A stretch of 64,000 nt of DNA from an uncultured Thermoleophilia bacterium (GCA_963814545.1 CAWFDC010000015.1:75565-139564); one strand, 5' to 3'. Shown: positions 1-14,487, counted from the stretch's first letter. Translations and numbers: made by a program. The notes: generated from the letters alone by a model not told the origin.

Positions 1-1611
1 CGACGGTCTCGCCACCGGCTGGACGACCAGCGACGACGGCCTCGTCTGGACCTTCACCCTGCGCCAGAACGCGAAGTGGAACGACGGCGAGCCGCTGACC
101 GCCGACGACGTCGCCTTCACCTACAACTACATCATCCAGAACGACATGGAGAACTTCACCGCGTACACCAACCTCATCGAGGAGGCCGTGGTGATCGACG
201 ACTACACGGTGGAGTTCCGCTGCTCGAAGCCCAAGCCCGACATGATCCGCCACTGGGTGCCGATCCTGCCCGAGCACGTCTGGGGCGAGATGAGCCCCAC
301 GGACGCGGGCAAGAACTTCCAGAACCCGCCGCCGATCGTGGGCTCCGGCCCCTTCAAGTGCAGGAGTGGAAGAAGAACGCGCTACATCAAGATGGTGAAG
401 AACCCCACCTGGTGGGGCGCCGAGCCGACGATCGACGAGATCTACTTCATGTACTTCACCAACGCCGACACGATGGTGCAGGACCTCAAGGCCGGCAACA
501 TCGACGGCTCGTCGACCTCGACGGCGTCGCAGATGGGGCTGTTCGAGAACAACCCCGAGATCGAGGCCCGGGCGATCGCCATCGACGGCTTCAACGAGCT
601 CGGCTTCAACTGCTACGACGGGAGCCCAGCAGGGCTCACCCGGCGATCAAGGACTGGAAGTTCAGGCAGGCGCTCAACTGGGCCTGCGACCTGCAGAAGG
701 GCGTCGACCTCACGTGGGTCGGCTACACCGTCCCGGGCACGACCATCATCCCGCCCGACTACTACAGCGACCCCGACTGGCACTGGGAGCCGCCGGCCGA
801 CGTCAAGTACACCTACGACCCCGAGATGGCGAAGCAGAAGCTCGACGAGGCCGGGTACCCCGACTCCGACGGCGACGGCGGTGCGTGAGTACGACGGCGA
901 GCCGATCGAGCTGGGCCTGATCGCACGCGTCGAGTCGACGGAGAGCCAGCAGCTCGCGAAGCTCATCGCCGGCTGGTTCAAGGACGTCGGCATCACGGTC
1001 AAGGTCGAGACGATGGACGAAGGCGCCCTCATGGACCAGATGTACAACTACGAGGGCGACACGTTCACTCCCGAACTACGACATGTTCCTCTGGGGCTGG
1101 TACCTCGACTACGACCCCGGCTCGATGCTGAGCTACTTCACCAAGGACCAGATCGAGAGCTGGAGCGACTGCAACTGGTCGGACGCCGAGTACGAGGAGC
1201 TGTACGAGCTGCAAGGGCCAGGAGCTCGATCCTGGCCAAGCGCAAGGAGTACATCGACCGCATGCAGCAGATCCTCTACGAGCAGACGCCCTACATCGTC
1301 ACCGACTACGGCCCCGACTTCGAGGCGTTCAACACCGAGAAGTGGGAGGGCTACATCTTCATCCCCGACCCGAACGGCAACGCGCTGATCCCGCCGTTCG
1401 GCAACGGTGGCTACGCCAACTTCCTGAGCATCCAGCCGAAGACGGCCGAGCCGCGGCCGAGGAGGGCGGCTCCAACACGGCGCTCATCGTCGGCATCATC
1501 GCCGCGGTGGTCGTGATCGTCGTCCTCATCGTCGTGTTCGTGCTCCGCGCGCGCAAGCCGCAGGCGATGGAGGAGTACCCGGACCTGAGCGACACGTCCG
1601 TGCCCTTCTGA
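1..1611 (+). pseudogene. ABC transporter substrate-binding protein, family 5 (Opp/Dpp/Nik type); 5' end lies outside the window and the reading frame changes about five times
   Basis: Fragments in three frames join into one family-5 SBP. They are DGLATGWTTSDDGLVWTFTLRQNAKWNDGEPLTADDV and the ORF 146..1516 frame, HPAIKDWKFRQALNWACD (ORF 76..888), and MFLWGWYLDYDPGSMLSYF (ORF 1083..1388). The C-terminal hydrophobic anchor IVGIIAAVVVIVVLIVVFVL is in ORF 1342..1611. The break near 625-627 resolves as a 1-nt change in a C run. Confidence 0.75.
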
Positions 1612-1619
1612 GGGCGATC

Positions 1620-1660
1620 GGGGGCGCCGCCGCCCGGCTCAGCCGGGCGCCGGCGCCCCC
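1620..1660 (+). terminator. GC-rich hairpin downstream of the SBP gene
   Basis: GGGGGCGCCG..CGGCGCCCCC outer stem with inner GCCCGGC-TCA-GCCGGGC stem, starting 9 nt after the stop and followed by TTCGTG. There is no long U tract. Confidence 0.4.
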
Positions 1661-1838
1661 TTCGTGCGCCCCGCGACGGGGCGCCCCTCCGTTCGCTCCG
1701 CGTCAGGGCGGCACTCCGTTCTGCCGGACACGGCGGTACCTCGGCCCGGCGTGGCCCAGCCGCTTCGTTGCCGGGGGCCCGGGGCGGGCGTAGGCTGGGC
1801 GCGAGGGGGCGGACACGTCCGACCAGAGGGGGGACCAC

Positions 1839-2975
1839 ATGATCGTTCGGCTTCGTACCACGGCCCGTCACGCGGGCATCGCGCTGCTCGTCCTGGCCGC
1901 GGGGCTGCTGCTGCCCGCCGGCGCGCTCGCCGGGGCAACGCGGCGGACCCTGCTGCGGCCTTGGCGGGCACGACCGAGCCGGTGTCGCTCGCCGGCTACG
2001 GCGTCTACTTCGGCGAGCTGCACGCCCACTGCGAGTTCTCCGACGGCACGGGTTCGGCCGCCGGCGCCTACTGGTCGGGTCGCGCCGCCGGCCTCGACTT
2101 CTTCACGCTGAGCGACCACCACAACATGATCGCCCCGTGGGAGTGGGCCGCGACCCAGGCGGCGGCCGACGCGGCCGACGAGCCGGGCGTCTTCGTGGCC
2201 CTCGCCGCCTACGAGTTCGGCTGGTGGTACCACATCAACGTGTTCCGGCCCGCCGTACCTCCTGCGCCCGCCGGACACGCAAGGGGGCGCGAAGGAGACG
2301 GTGGCCGCGGACGAGGACGTCGTCGCGGCGCTCCCCGGGGCGATGGGCATGTTCAACCACCCGACCTGGTCGGAGACCGGCGACTTCGACGACTTCGCCG
2401 GCCTGACTCCCGAGCGCGACGCCGCCATGGAGCTGATCGAGGTGTACAACCACGGGGACGGCGCCGCGGAGTGGTACGAGCCCAGCTACGTGAAGTGTCT
2501 CGACGCCGGCTGGCACGTGATGCCCACGGCGGTCGGCGACACGCACTACGTCGACTGGGACACCGAGGTCATGCCGTACCAGATGCGCACCGCGCTGCTG
2601 GCGCCCGAACTCACGCGCGCCGCCCTCTACGACGCGATCCGCTCTCACCGGGGGTACGCGACGCTCGACCCGGACCTGCGCATCTCGTTCACGGTGAACG
2701 GCGCGGTCATGGGTTCACGGGTGGCGCGGACTGCGCGAGTGCTCGTCGTGAACGTGCACGGCCGACGACCCCGACGTCATGGTCGCCGGCGACGCGGTCG
2801 AGAGGCTCGACCTCGTCGGCGCGGCGGCTCCGTGCTGGCGAGTGCCGAGGCGCGTGGCCACAGCGTGACGTGGTCGGTCGAGCTGCGCCGGCCGGCGTCG
2901 GACTGGGTCTACCTGCGCGTCACGACCGGCGACGGCGCGACCGCGTGGACGGCCCCGGTCTGGCTCGAGGACTGA
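1839..2975 (+). pseudogene. Secreted PHP-domain metal-dependent phosphoesterase; frame broken twice
   Basis: Signal-like N-terminus RHAGIALLVLAAGLLLPAGALA (ORF 1839). PHP motifs GELHAHCEFSDGTG and FTLSDHH are in the ORF 1664 frame, and the C-terminal part MFNHPTWSETGDF...GDTHYVDW is in ORF 2301..2975. The second break sits at the CC dinucleotide 2245-2246. Confidence 0.6.
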
Positions 2976-3025
2976 ACCCCGGTCGTCGCTCCGGCCTCGG
3001 CGTCGCTCCGGCTCGTTGCCGCGGC

Positions 3026-5239
3026 CTACGCGGCCCCCGACGCCGTGAGGCCCTCGACAGTCGCGGCGGAGCCGCCGCCGTGCATCGCGCGCCGTGTCGA
3101 GCCCGTCGGTCTCGGCCTCGTCGGCCGGTGCGACGGCCCGGCGCACGCGGTCGACGAGTGCCGCGGCGAGCGCCGGCCGCGCCGCGCCGTCGAGGGCTCG
3201 CCAGGCCGCGCGGGCGTCGCCGCGGCCGAGGTCGAGGACGCCGACGGCGGCGCGGTGACGCTGCAGCCAGCCGTGCACGAGAAGGATCTCGTCGATGCGC
3301 TCGCTGGGGAGCGGCGGCGCCGGCGGCGCGGCGGCCGCCAGCTCGGCGAGAAAGCCCAGCGCCGCCGTCTGGTCGAACCCGGCGACGCGCACCTCGCGCT
3401 CGACGACGACCGCGCCGCCGCGTACCCCCCAGAGCCGCGCCCGACCCCGCGTGCGCGCCGGGTAGACGAGGACGGCCTCCTCGCGGACGGCGGCGGTGAG
3501 GCGCCGGATGGAGCGCAGGGCGCGCTCGGCCAGCTCGCGCTGCTCCTGCACGCGCTGTGCCTGCTCGAAGGCGAGCAGCCCGACGAGGTGCGCCTGACGC
3601 GCGACGAGGCGCGCCTCGAGGTCGGCGCCGTCGCCGCGCAGCACGCGGCGCACCTGTGACACCGCCTCGTCGTACTCCCCGTTCAGCTCTCGACGGCAGG
3701 GGGCGAGGCAGGCGCCGGTGCCGGCGCGCGGGCACGGGTGGTCGCCGTGACGTCCGCTCCTGCCGGCGCGCGTGCGGCCGCCCCCGCTCCGGGCCAGGCC
3801 CGCGCCGCCGCCCGCCCGTCTCCGCACGGTCATCCCACGCCGCCTCCCACGCCATCTCCCTCGCCGACGGCTGTCGCTGTGCGGGCCGCCGCCGGCAGCC
3901 GCACGCAGGTGCGCAGCGGGTAGGCGCTCGTGAGGCAGTCGACGAAGGCGCGCGCCAGGCTCGCCTTGCGGAACGGGCCCGCGTACAGGCCGCCGTCGTC
4001 GCGCAGGTTGGGGGTGGCGTAGAGCCGCGGGTACTCCTCGCTCGTGAGCTTCGCGTAGTGGTAGGCCGGCACCCGCGTGCCGTGCTGGTTGTAGAGCGGG
4101 CGGTGGCGGGCGATGAGGCGCTGCTCGAGCAGGAGGGCGCCGAACTCGGAGCCCGTCTCGACGACGTCGATGCGCTCGAGCAGCTCGAGCGCCTGCCGCG
4201 CCCCGTACGCCTGCCGTTGCAGGAAGTGGTCGCGGGTGCGCCGGCGCAGGTTCTCGGCCTTGCCGATGTAGAGGGCGTGCCCCGCCTGGTCGCGCATGAC
4301 GTACACGCCGGGCCGTGTCGGCAGGCCCTCCGTGAGGGCGATCTTGTGGTAGTTGCGCCGCGCCCCAGGCTCGCAGTAGCGGGCGACCTCCTCGAGGGTC
4401 GTCATCCCCTGCTCCTCGAGCCACGAGAGGAAGAGGAGGAGCAGCTCGGCCGTCGCCTGGGCGTCCTTGAGGGCCCGGTGCCCGGGCTTGACGGCCGTGT
4501 CGAAGCGCTCGGCCAGCGCGGCCAGCGAGCAGCGCTGCTGGGGGCAGAGCTTGCGCGCCAGGCGCAGCGTGTCGAGGACGGGCCGCTGGAAGGACTGGCG
4601 GCAGAGCCGCCCGAGCTCGTAGTCGAGGAAGCCGAGGTCGAAGCGCGCGTTGTGGGCGACGAGTACGGTGCCCTCGGCGAACTCGACGAAGCGCGGGAGG
4701 ACGGTCTCGATCGGCGGCGCGCCGGCGACGGTGCCGTCGTCGATGCCGGTCAGGCGGGTGATCATCGCCGGGATGTGCACGCGCGGGTCGACCAGCGACG
4801 AGAAGGTGGCCGTCTGCGCGCCGCCCTCGACCCGCACGGCCCCGACCTCGGTGATCTTGGCAAGGCCCGGCGTGCCGCCCGTGGTCTCGAGGTCGACCAC
4901 GGTGAAGACGACCTCGCTGAGGTCGCGACGGGTGGCGCGCCAGGCCGCGAGGCCGAGGTGGACGTCGCTCTCCCAGGCGAAGCGCTCGTCGTTGCGCACG
5001 ATGTCGTCGACGAGCGCGCGCACGAGCGCGGGGGAGCAGCCGGCGACGGGGAAGAGGTGCGGCCAGACTTCGCGGTAATCGAGGGCTTCGCCGGCCTGCT
5101 CGAGCAGAGCGAAGAGCTCTTCGACGGTCGTGAAGGCGAGCTGCACGACGTCATGGTACAGGGAGCGCCCGACGGATGCACGGCGTCGTCGCGCCGCGGC
5201 CGGCCGGTCCGCCTCGCGGCGGTCGCCCTGCCCTCGCAC
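3026..5239 (-). pseudogene. DEDD 3'-5' exonuclease (DnaQ-like) fused to a GIY-YIG/UvrC-like nuclease domain; at least one frameshift, both ends uncertain
   Basis: ORF 3830..5239 has exonuclease motifs VVDLETTGG, VLVAHNARFDLGFL and HRALKDAQAT, then GIY-YIG GVYVMRDQAGHALYIGKAENLRRR. It continues in the frame of ORF 2715..4424 (CLAPCRRELNGEYDEAVSQVRRVL). The 3' end is placed at a TAG (3026-3028) in a third frame and is tentative. Confidence 0.6.
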
Positions 5240-5549
5240 GGCCCGCCCCGCCGTCGCCGGCCGGCTGCGATCGCCGCCGCCGCCCGTCTACGCCGGCCGC
5301 CGCCGCCCGTCGTCACCGGGGTGACCGGTTCGTCACTCTCGTGCCGGGTCCCCGGCTGCGGCAGACTGCCGGTGCGCGCTGCGACGGCGGCTCTCCCCCA
5401 GCGGCTCCCGTCGCAGCACGAGGGCGGGAGGTGGGGTCGCGGGGCATCGGTCTCGCGACGAGCGGCGGCTGCGCGCGCCGTGAGCGGCGCGGCCGGCGAG
5501 CCCGGGCGGCGCGGGGCCGGCTGCCGAGGTCAGGGGCCGGCTGCCGAGG

Positions 5550-5996
5550 CTAGGGGCCGGCCCGTCGCAGCGGGGCGACGGCCAGCGCGGCGAGGGTCCC
5601 CGGCAGCAGGAAGAGGGCGAAGAAGAGCAGGAGGCCCGGCCCCCAGACGAACTCGTCGGCTCTCACCACCAGCAGCACGACCAGCGCGGCGAGGTTCGCC
5701 GCCACTGCGACGACGGCGCCGGCGAGCGGCAGCCGCCCGCTGCCGGCGGTGCCCCAGGCGGTGAAGGCGCCGGCCGGCGCGACGAGGGCGTAGAGCACGA
5801 CGAGGGCGACGCCGGGGACGCTCCAGACCGCCGGCGAGCCCGGCTCCCGGCCGCCGCCGAACGAGGCGGCGAGGTAGGCGGCGAGCGGCGAGAGGGCGAG
5901 GGCGGCGATGCCTGCGGCCAGCGCCAGCCGGGCCGCGGTGCGCTGCGGCCCCGCGACCTGTGCGTCGTCGCTCCTCTTCTCCACCCTCGGCGGCAT
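5550..5996 (-). CDS. Hypothetical integral membrane protein
   Basis: 148-aa ORF with four hydrophobic helices (LALAAGIAALALSPLAAYLAA, VALVVLYALVAPAGAF, AVVAVAANLAALVVLLVV, LLLFFALFLLPGTLAALAV). No recognisable family. Confidence 0.5.
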   Translation of the reverse strand: MPPRVEKRSDDAQVAGPQRTAARLALAAGIAALALSPLAAYLAASFGGGREPGSPAVWSVPGVALVVLYALVAPAGAFTAWGTAGSGRLPLAGAVVAVAANLAALVVLLVVRADEFVWGPGLLLFFALFLLPGTLAALAVAPLRRAGP

Positions 5997-6239
5997 GCCG
6001 CGCCGATGCTACCACCCCGGCAGACCGGTCGTCGGCGGCCCGAGGGAGGCTGCCGAAGCACACCTCCGAACGCCCCTCGCGGTGCGGTGCGCCCGGCCGG
6101 CTGCCGACCGGCAGGGCACCGGCCCCGCGGGCCTCGTTACAGGCGTGTCGGCGAGGGGTAGAGTCTGCGGCACAGCAACCAGGAGAGCGCCCGCGGCGGG
6201 CATCGTGCGCCCGCGGGGCGGTGGTCAAGGAGTCCTCCC

Positions 6240-6670
6240 GTGAGCAAAGAGAAGATGCAGAGCGAGGTACTGCGCGCTTTCAACGACTCGTGCGTCGTCA
6301 GCAGCCGCTCGCAGTACCACGGCCGCGGGTTCAAGCCCGCCGCCGACGCCTACTTCGAGGAGGAGACGCGCGAGATCGTCGTGCGCTTCGAGCTGCCCGG
6401 GATGGAGCGCGCCGACATCGGGCTCTACATCGACCGGCGCGAGCTCGTGGTGCGCGGCGAGCGCACGTTCCCGACGGCCGGCGGGCGCGTCTACCAGCAG
6501 GTCGAGATGGACTACGGTCCGTTCGAGCGTCACGTGCGCCTGATGGTCGACGTCGACCCCGAGAGCAGCAGCGCCACCTACGAGGCCGGCATCCTCGAGG
6601 TGCGCCTCGCGCTCGTCGAGCGCGAGGGCGCGCGGCGCATCCAGATCACCTCGACCGACGAGGAGCCGGC

Positions 6671-6674
<4 letters not shown>
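6240..6674 (+). CDS. Hsp20/alpha-crystallin family small heat-shock protein
   Basis: GTG start 7 nt after AAGGAG. Alpha-crystallin core DAYFEEETREIVVRFELPGMERADIGLYIDRRELVVRGER...ATYEAGILEVRL. The stop overlaps the lon start (ATGA). Confidence 0.85.
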
Positions 6675-9514
<2,840 letters not shown>

Positions 9515-9599
9515 GCCGAGGCGTCGCGGCCCCGACCGCCGCGCGCGCACTCCCGCCGCGCTTGCGCCCCCTGCGCCCCGGGACGGAAGATGGGGCGCC

Positions 9600-11060
9600 A
9601 TGCGCCCCCGCCTGACACTGCTCGACGACGCCGGCCTCGAGCGCCTGCGCGCGGCGACGCTCGACGTGCTCGGCAACACGGGCGTCGCCTTCAAGAGCGC
9701 CGCCGCGCGCGCCGTGCTGCGCGACGCGGGGGCGCGGGTCGACGACGAGTCCGGGGTCGTCTGGATCCCGCCCGACCTCGTCGAGGCGACCGTCGCCGCG
9801 GCGCCGCGCGAGATCGTCCTCGGGGCGCGTGACGGCGTCCACGACCTGCGCCTCGACGGCACTGCCACCCACCCGACGCACGACGGCATCGGCGCCTACG
9901 TGCTCGACCACCACACGTTCGAGCGCCGCCAGGCGACCCTCGACGACCTGCGCGCCGCCACGCTCGTGGGCGACGCTCTGGAGGAGGTCGCACTGAGCTG
10001 GTACGCGGTGAACCCGAGCGGCAGCGTCGAGCCCCGCCTCGAGGGCGTGCTCTCCGCGCACACGCTGCTCACGGCGAGCGGCAAGCACGCCCAGGGCGCG
10101 GTGCTCGTGCCGCAGGACGTGCCCTACGTCATGGAGCTGGCCGGGCTCGCCTCGCCGGGCGGGCGCTGGGACCCTGCCCGCCCGGTCTTCTCGGCGATCT
10201 ACTGCCCGGTCTCGCCGCTGCAGCACGAGGCCGACGCGCTCGAGGCGGCGATGGCGCTCGTGCGGCAGCGCGTGCCGCTGAGCGTCTACGCGCTGCCGCT
10301 CGCCGGCGCCACCGCCCCGGCGACCCTTGCCGGGGCCATCGTGCAGACCAACGCCGAGGTGCTCTCCAGCGTCGTCCTCTTCCAGCTGCTCGAGCCCGGC
10401 TGCCCGCTGGTCTACGTCGCCAACGCCGCCCTCATGGACATGCACGCCGCGAGCTACGCGGCGGCCTCGCCTGAGAGCGCGCTCATGAACCTGGCCCTTG
10501 CCGAGCTCGGTCGTTCGTACGAGCTGCCGATTCTCACCGTCGGCTTCTCGACCGACGCCTGGACGCCCGGGCCGCGGCTCGGCGCCGAGTCCGCCTTGAT
10601 GACGGCGACCGGGCTGCTCGCCGGGGCCGACATCCTCATCGGCATGGGGATGGTGAACTCGGCCAACGCCCTCTGCCTGCCCAAGCTGGTCCTCGACGCC
10701 GAGCTCTGGGGCGCGTGCCGGCGCCTGGGCCGGGGGGTCGAGCTCGACGACGAGCACCTCATGCTCGACCTCATCCAGCGCGTGGGCCCGGGCGGGCACT
10801 ACCTGTCGGCCAAGGAGACCTCGGCGACGCTGCGCGCCGGCGAGCACTGGCGCCCCGATCTCTACCGGCGCGTCGCCTACGAGACCTGGCAGGCGAGGCG
10901 CCCGCCGGCTCCGGTGGGGACCCCGGACCCGGAGTGGGACGAGGCGGTCGAACGCGTCGAGGCGCTGCTCGCCACACACACGCCGCCGCCGCTGCCCGAC
11001 GGGGCCGAGGCCGCCATGGCCGACGCCGCCGCCGCCGCGGAGCGCGAGCTGCCCGCCTGA
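9600..11060 (+). CDS. MttB-superfamily (trimethylamine methyltransferase-like) corrinoid-dependent methyltransferase, non-pyrrolysine paralog
   Basis: Uninterrupted 486-aa ORF that aligns by eye with the two other MttB-family genes here (VYCPVSPLQHEADALEAA, ATAPATLAGAIVQTNAEVLS, GPGGHYLSAKET). It has Ser where the Pyl enzyme has UAG (VGF-S-TDAW). Confidence 0.85.
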   Translation: MRPRLTLLDDAGLERLRAATLDVLGNTGVAFKSAAARAVLRDAGARVDDESGVVWIPPDLVEATVAAAPREIVLGARDGVHDLRLDGTATHPTHDGIGAYVLDHHTFERRQATLDDLRAATLVGDALEEVALSWYAVNPSGSVEPRLEGVLSAHTLLTASGKHAQGAVLVPQDVPYVMELAGLASPGGRWDPARPVFSAIYCPVSPLQHEADALEAAMALVRQRVPLSVYALPLAGATAPATLAGAIVQTNAEVLSSVVLFQLLEPGCPLVYVANAALMDMHAASYAAASPESALMNLALAELGRSYELPILTVGFSTDAWTPGPRLGAESALMTATGLLAGADILIGMGMVNSANALCLPKLVLDAELWGACRRLGRGVELDDEHLMLDLIQRVGPGGHYLSAKETSATLRAGEHWRPDLYRRVAYETWQARRPPAPVGTPDPEWDEAVERVEALLATHTPPPLPDGAEAAMADAAAAAERELPA

Positions 11061-11214
11061 GCGGCCGTCGCGGCGGCCCATCGCTCGGCCACCGTCTCGT
11101 GCGCCGCGCGCCGCCGTCGCGCGCGGCCGCGCCGGTCGCCTCTCAGCGCCGCCCGTACCACGCGACGGCGCGCCGCGCCGCCTCCTCTTGGCCAGCCCGT
11201 CCTCCCGCGCCGTG

Positions 11215-11243
11215 TTGCCCTCGATTTGCCCCGGTCTTACGAT
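11215..11243 (+). promoter_or_regulatory. Candidate sigma-70-type promoter of the sdh operon
   Basis: TTGCCC - 17 nt - TACGAT, about 50 nt upstream of the first plausible sdhC start. Confidence 0.25.
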
Positions 11244-11294
11244 TCAGGGCTAACGTACCGTGCGACCGTCTCGACCTCGACTGGGGGTAGCGCA

Positions 11295-11681
11295 GTGGAT
11301 GTGAAGGAGCGCGAGGCGGCCAATGTGGGCTCCGGGCTGTGGAAGGGGCTGGGCATGTGGGCCTGGCTGCTCTTCCGCGTCAGCGGGCTCATCCTGGTCG
11401 TCTATCTGTTCGCCCATATCTGGGTGATCTCGCAGGGGCGGGCGGCGAGCCCCGAGTACCTCGACGATCTCTTCGAGCTCTTCGAGGGGCGGTTCCTCAC
11501 CTTCCTCGACTTCATGCTCGTGGCCGCGGTGCTCTACCACGGGCTCAACGGGGTGCGGATCGTGCTCATGGACATGGGTGTCGGCATCCAGCGCCACAAG
11601 ACGGTGTTCTGGGTCTGCATGGCGGCGGCGGCGGCGACGCTGGCCGTCTTCGCGTGGACCGCGGCCCCGTACATCTTCTGA
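11295..11681 (+). CDS. sdhC: Succinate dehydrogenase/fumarate reductase membrane subunit C (cytochrome b-like); start uncertain
   Basis: Three hydrophobic helices with conserved His (LILVVYLFAHIWV, VAAVLYHGLNGVR). First gene of a C-D-A-B arrangement. The stop overlaps the next start. Confidence 0.7.
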   Translation: MDVKEREAANVGSGLWKGLGMWAWLLFRVSGLILVVYLFAHIWVISQGRAASPEYLDDLFELFEGRFLTFLDFMLVAAVLYHGLNGVRIVLMDMGVGIQRHKTVFWVCMAAAAATLAVFAWTAAPYIF

Positions 11682-12052
11682 TGGAGGGGCTCATGAGAAA
11701 CGAAGTCCTCGCCCGCGAGACGGGCGGCATGTGGCCGTGGCTCGGCCAGCGCGTGACCGCGGTGGTGGTCATCGTCACCATCGGCGTGCACCTCGTGCTC
11801 ACGCACCTCTTCGCCATCGGCGAGCTCAGCTTCGACGACATCGGCGACCGGCTCGCCAACTCCGCGGTACTGGTCAACGACGTGCTGCTGCTGTTCGCGG
11901 TCGTCTTCCACGCCCTCAACGGGGTGCGCATGGTGGTCTTCGACTACGCGCACCTCGGCAAGGGCCGCCGCGCCTTCGACGCCCTCCTCTGGGTGATCGG
12001 CGTGGCGGTCAGCATCTACGGCATCTGGGCCCTCTGGGTCTGGGTCAGCTGA
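11681..12052 (+). CDS. sdhD: Succinate dehydrogenase/fumarate reductase membrane subunit D
   Basis: Small three-helix protein (VVIVTIGVHLVLTHLF, LLLFAVVFHALNGVRMV) between sdhC and sdhA. ATGA overlap with sdhC. Confidence 0.7.
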   Translation: MEGLMRNEVLARETGGMWPWLGQRVTAVVVIVTIGVHLVLTHLFAIGELSFDDIGDRLANSAVLVNDVLLLFAVVFHALNGVRMVVFDYAHLGKGRRAFDALLWVIGVAVSIYGIWALWVWVS

Positions 12053-12064
12053 GGGGGTGACGGG

Positions 12065-13768
12065 ATGCCCTTCCATCAGCTGATCGTCGTCGGCGGCGGT
12101 CTCGCCGGGCTGCGCGCCGCGATCGAGGCGAAGCAGGCCGGCGTCGACGTCGCCATCCTCTCGCAGGTCCACCCCAGCCGCAGCCACTCGGGCGCCGCCC
12201 AGGGCGGCGTCAACGCCGCCCTCGCCAACCACCCCGACGCGGCCGACGACTCGCCGCAGAAGCACGCCTTCGACACGGTCAAGGGCGCCGACTTCCTCGC
12301 CGACCAGCAGGCGGCGCTGCAGATGACGACCGACGCCGTGTCGGCGATCTACGAGCTCGAGCATTGGGGCTGCCCGTTCAGCCGCTTCGACGACGGGCGC
12401 ATCGCCCAGCGGCCGTTCGGCGGCGCCGGCTACCCGCGCACCTGCTACGGCGCCGACAAGACCGGGCTCTACATGCTGCACACCCTCGTGCAGCAGGCCT
12501 ACCGGCTCGCAGGTCAAGATGTACATCGAGCGCTTCGTCTGCCGCCTCATCGTCGAGGACGGCGTCTGCCGCGGGGTCGTCGCCTACGACATGACCAAGG
12601 GCGGCTTCCAGGAGTTCCGCGGCGACGCCGTGGTCGTCGCCATCGGCGGCGCCGGCCGCGCGTACTCCAACACCACCAACGCCGTCATCTCGACCGGCTT
12701 CGTGTCGGCGCTCGCCTACCAGGCGGGCGTGCCTCTCAAGGACATGGAGTTCGTCCAGTTCCACCCGACGGGTCTCTACACGACGCACATCCTCATGACC
12801 GAGGGCTGTCGCGGGGAGGGGGGGTACCTCCTCAACAAGGACGGCGAGCGCTTCATGGCGCGGTACGCCCCCAAGGCGATGGAGCTCGCGCCGCGCGACA
12901 TCACCTCGCGCTCGATCCAGACCGAGATCAACGAGGGGCGCGGCATCGACGGCAAGGACTTCGTCTACCTCGACCTGCGGCACCTCGGGGCCGAGAAGCT
13001 CGCCGAGCGTCTGCCCGGCACCCGCGACCTGGCGATCCACTTCGAGGGCGTCGACCCGGTCTACGAGCCGATCCCCATCGCCCCTGCGCAGCACTACTCG
13101 ATGGGCGGCATCGACACCGACGTCGACGGCGCGACCATCATGGAGGGCCTGTACGCCGCCGGCGAGTGCGGCTGCGTGAGCGTCCACGGCGCCAATCGCC
13201 TGGGCGGCAACTCGCTGCTCGAGACCGTCGTCATCGGCCGCCGGGCCGGCGCCGCCGCCGCCCGCTTCGCGCAGGGCAAGGCGACGGGCGGCGGCGGCGA
13301 AGGGGCGGGCCGTCGCCGCCCTCGAGGCCGAGATCGCCGACCTCGCGGCGCGCGACGGCTCCGAGGACGCCTACGCGATCCGCGAGGAGATGACCGAGAC
13401 CATGCGCATCCACTTCGGCATCTACCGCGAGCGCGAGACGATGCAGCAGGGCCTCGACAAGCTGCTCGCCATGAAGGAGCGCCTCAAGACGCGCCAGGCT
13501 GCGCTTCACCGGTGGGGTCTGGAACATCGACCTGATCCGCACGATCGAGCTCGAGGGCATGCTCGACCTGACGCTGGCCACCGCCTCCGGGGCGCTCGCC
13601 CGCGAGGAGTCCCGGGGCTCGCACTCGCGCCTCGACTTCCTGACGAGAGACGACGAGCACTGGCTCAAGCACACGCTCGCCCACTACCAGCCCGACGGCG
13701 GCGCGCCGCGGCTCGACCACAAGCCGGTCGAGCTCGGCCTCTTCGAGCCCGAGGAGAGGAAGTACTGA
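12065..13768 (+). pseudogene. sdhA: Succinate dehydrogenase/fumarate reductase flavoprotein subunit; frame broken three times (probably sequence errors)
   Basis: FAD motif VVGGGLAGLRAAIEA and SHSGAAQGG (ORF 12065). FVQFHPTG, ECGCVSVHGANRLGGNSLLE (ORF 12519..13535). IHFGIYRERETM (ORF 13390). REESRGSHSRLDF (ORF 13559..13768). Confidence 0.85.
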
Positions 13769-14487
13769 TGCCCGACGTGACCCTCAAGATCCGGCGGTAC
13801 GACCCCGCCGACGGCCGCGAGCCCTGGTGGCAGGAGTTCGTGGTCCCGGTCGGCGCCAGCATGACCGTCCTCGAGGCGCTCTTCTGGATCCAGGAGCACA
13901 CCGACGGCTCCCTCGCCTTCCGCTACTGCTGCCGCTCGTCGATCTGCGGCTCCTGCGCGATGTACATCAACGGCCGCTACCGGCTCGCCTGCCAGACCAA
14001 CCTCAGCCACCTCGGCGTCCCCACCGTCACGGTCGCGCCGCTGCCGCACGTGCCGGTGGTCCGCGACCTGGTCTGGGACATGGACGACTTCTTCGAGAAG
14101 TACGAGGCCATCAAGCCGTGGCTGATCCGCAACTCGCAGACGCCCGACACCGAGGTGCTGCAGTCACCCGAAGAGCGTCACAAGCTCAACATGCCGATCG
14201 ACTGCATCCTCTGCGCCTCGTGCTACAGCTCGTGCCCGTCGGTGTGGGGCGAGCAGAACTTCCTCGGGCCGGCGGCGCTGCTCTGCGCCTACCGTTTCGA
14301 GGTCGACTCGCGCGACGAGGCCGGCAAGGAGCGTCTGCCGAGCTGGGACAACGAGCGCGGCGTCTACCGCTGTCACACGATCACCAACTGCATCGAGGCC
14401 TGCCCCAAGGAGCTCAGCCCGACCGAGGGCATCCAGTGGCTCAAGGGATCGGCCGTGCGGCGGCGGCTGCTCGGGCGCAAGAAGTGA
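13768..14487 (+). CDS. sdhB: Succinate dehydrogenase/fumarate reductase iron-sulfur subunit
   Basis: ATG overlaps the sdhA stop. Cys clusters CRSSICGSCAMYINGRYRLAC, CILCASCYSSCP and CHTITNCIEACP. Confidence 0.9.
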   Translation: MPDVTLKIRRYDPADGREPWWQEFVVPVGASMTVLEALFWIQEHTDGSLAFRYCCRSSICGSCAMYINGRYRLACQTNLSHLGVPTVTVAPLPHVPVVRDLVWDMDDFFEKYEAIKPWLIRNSQTPDTEVLQSPEERHKLNMPIDCILCASCYSSCPSVWGEQNFLGPAALLCAYRFEVDSRDEAGKERLPSWDNERGVYRCHTITNCIEACPKELSPTEGIQWLKGSAVRRRLLGRKK

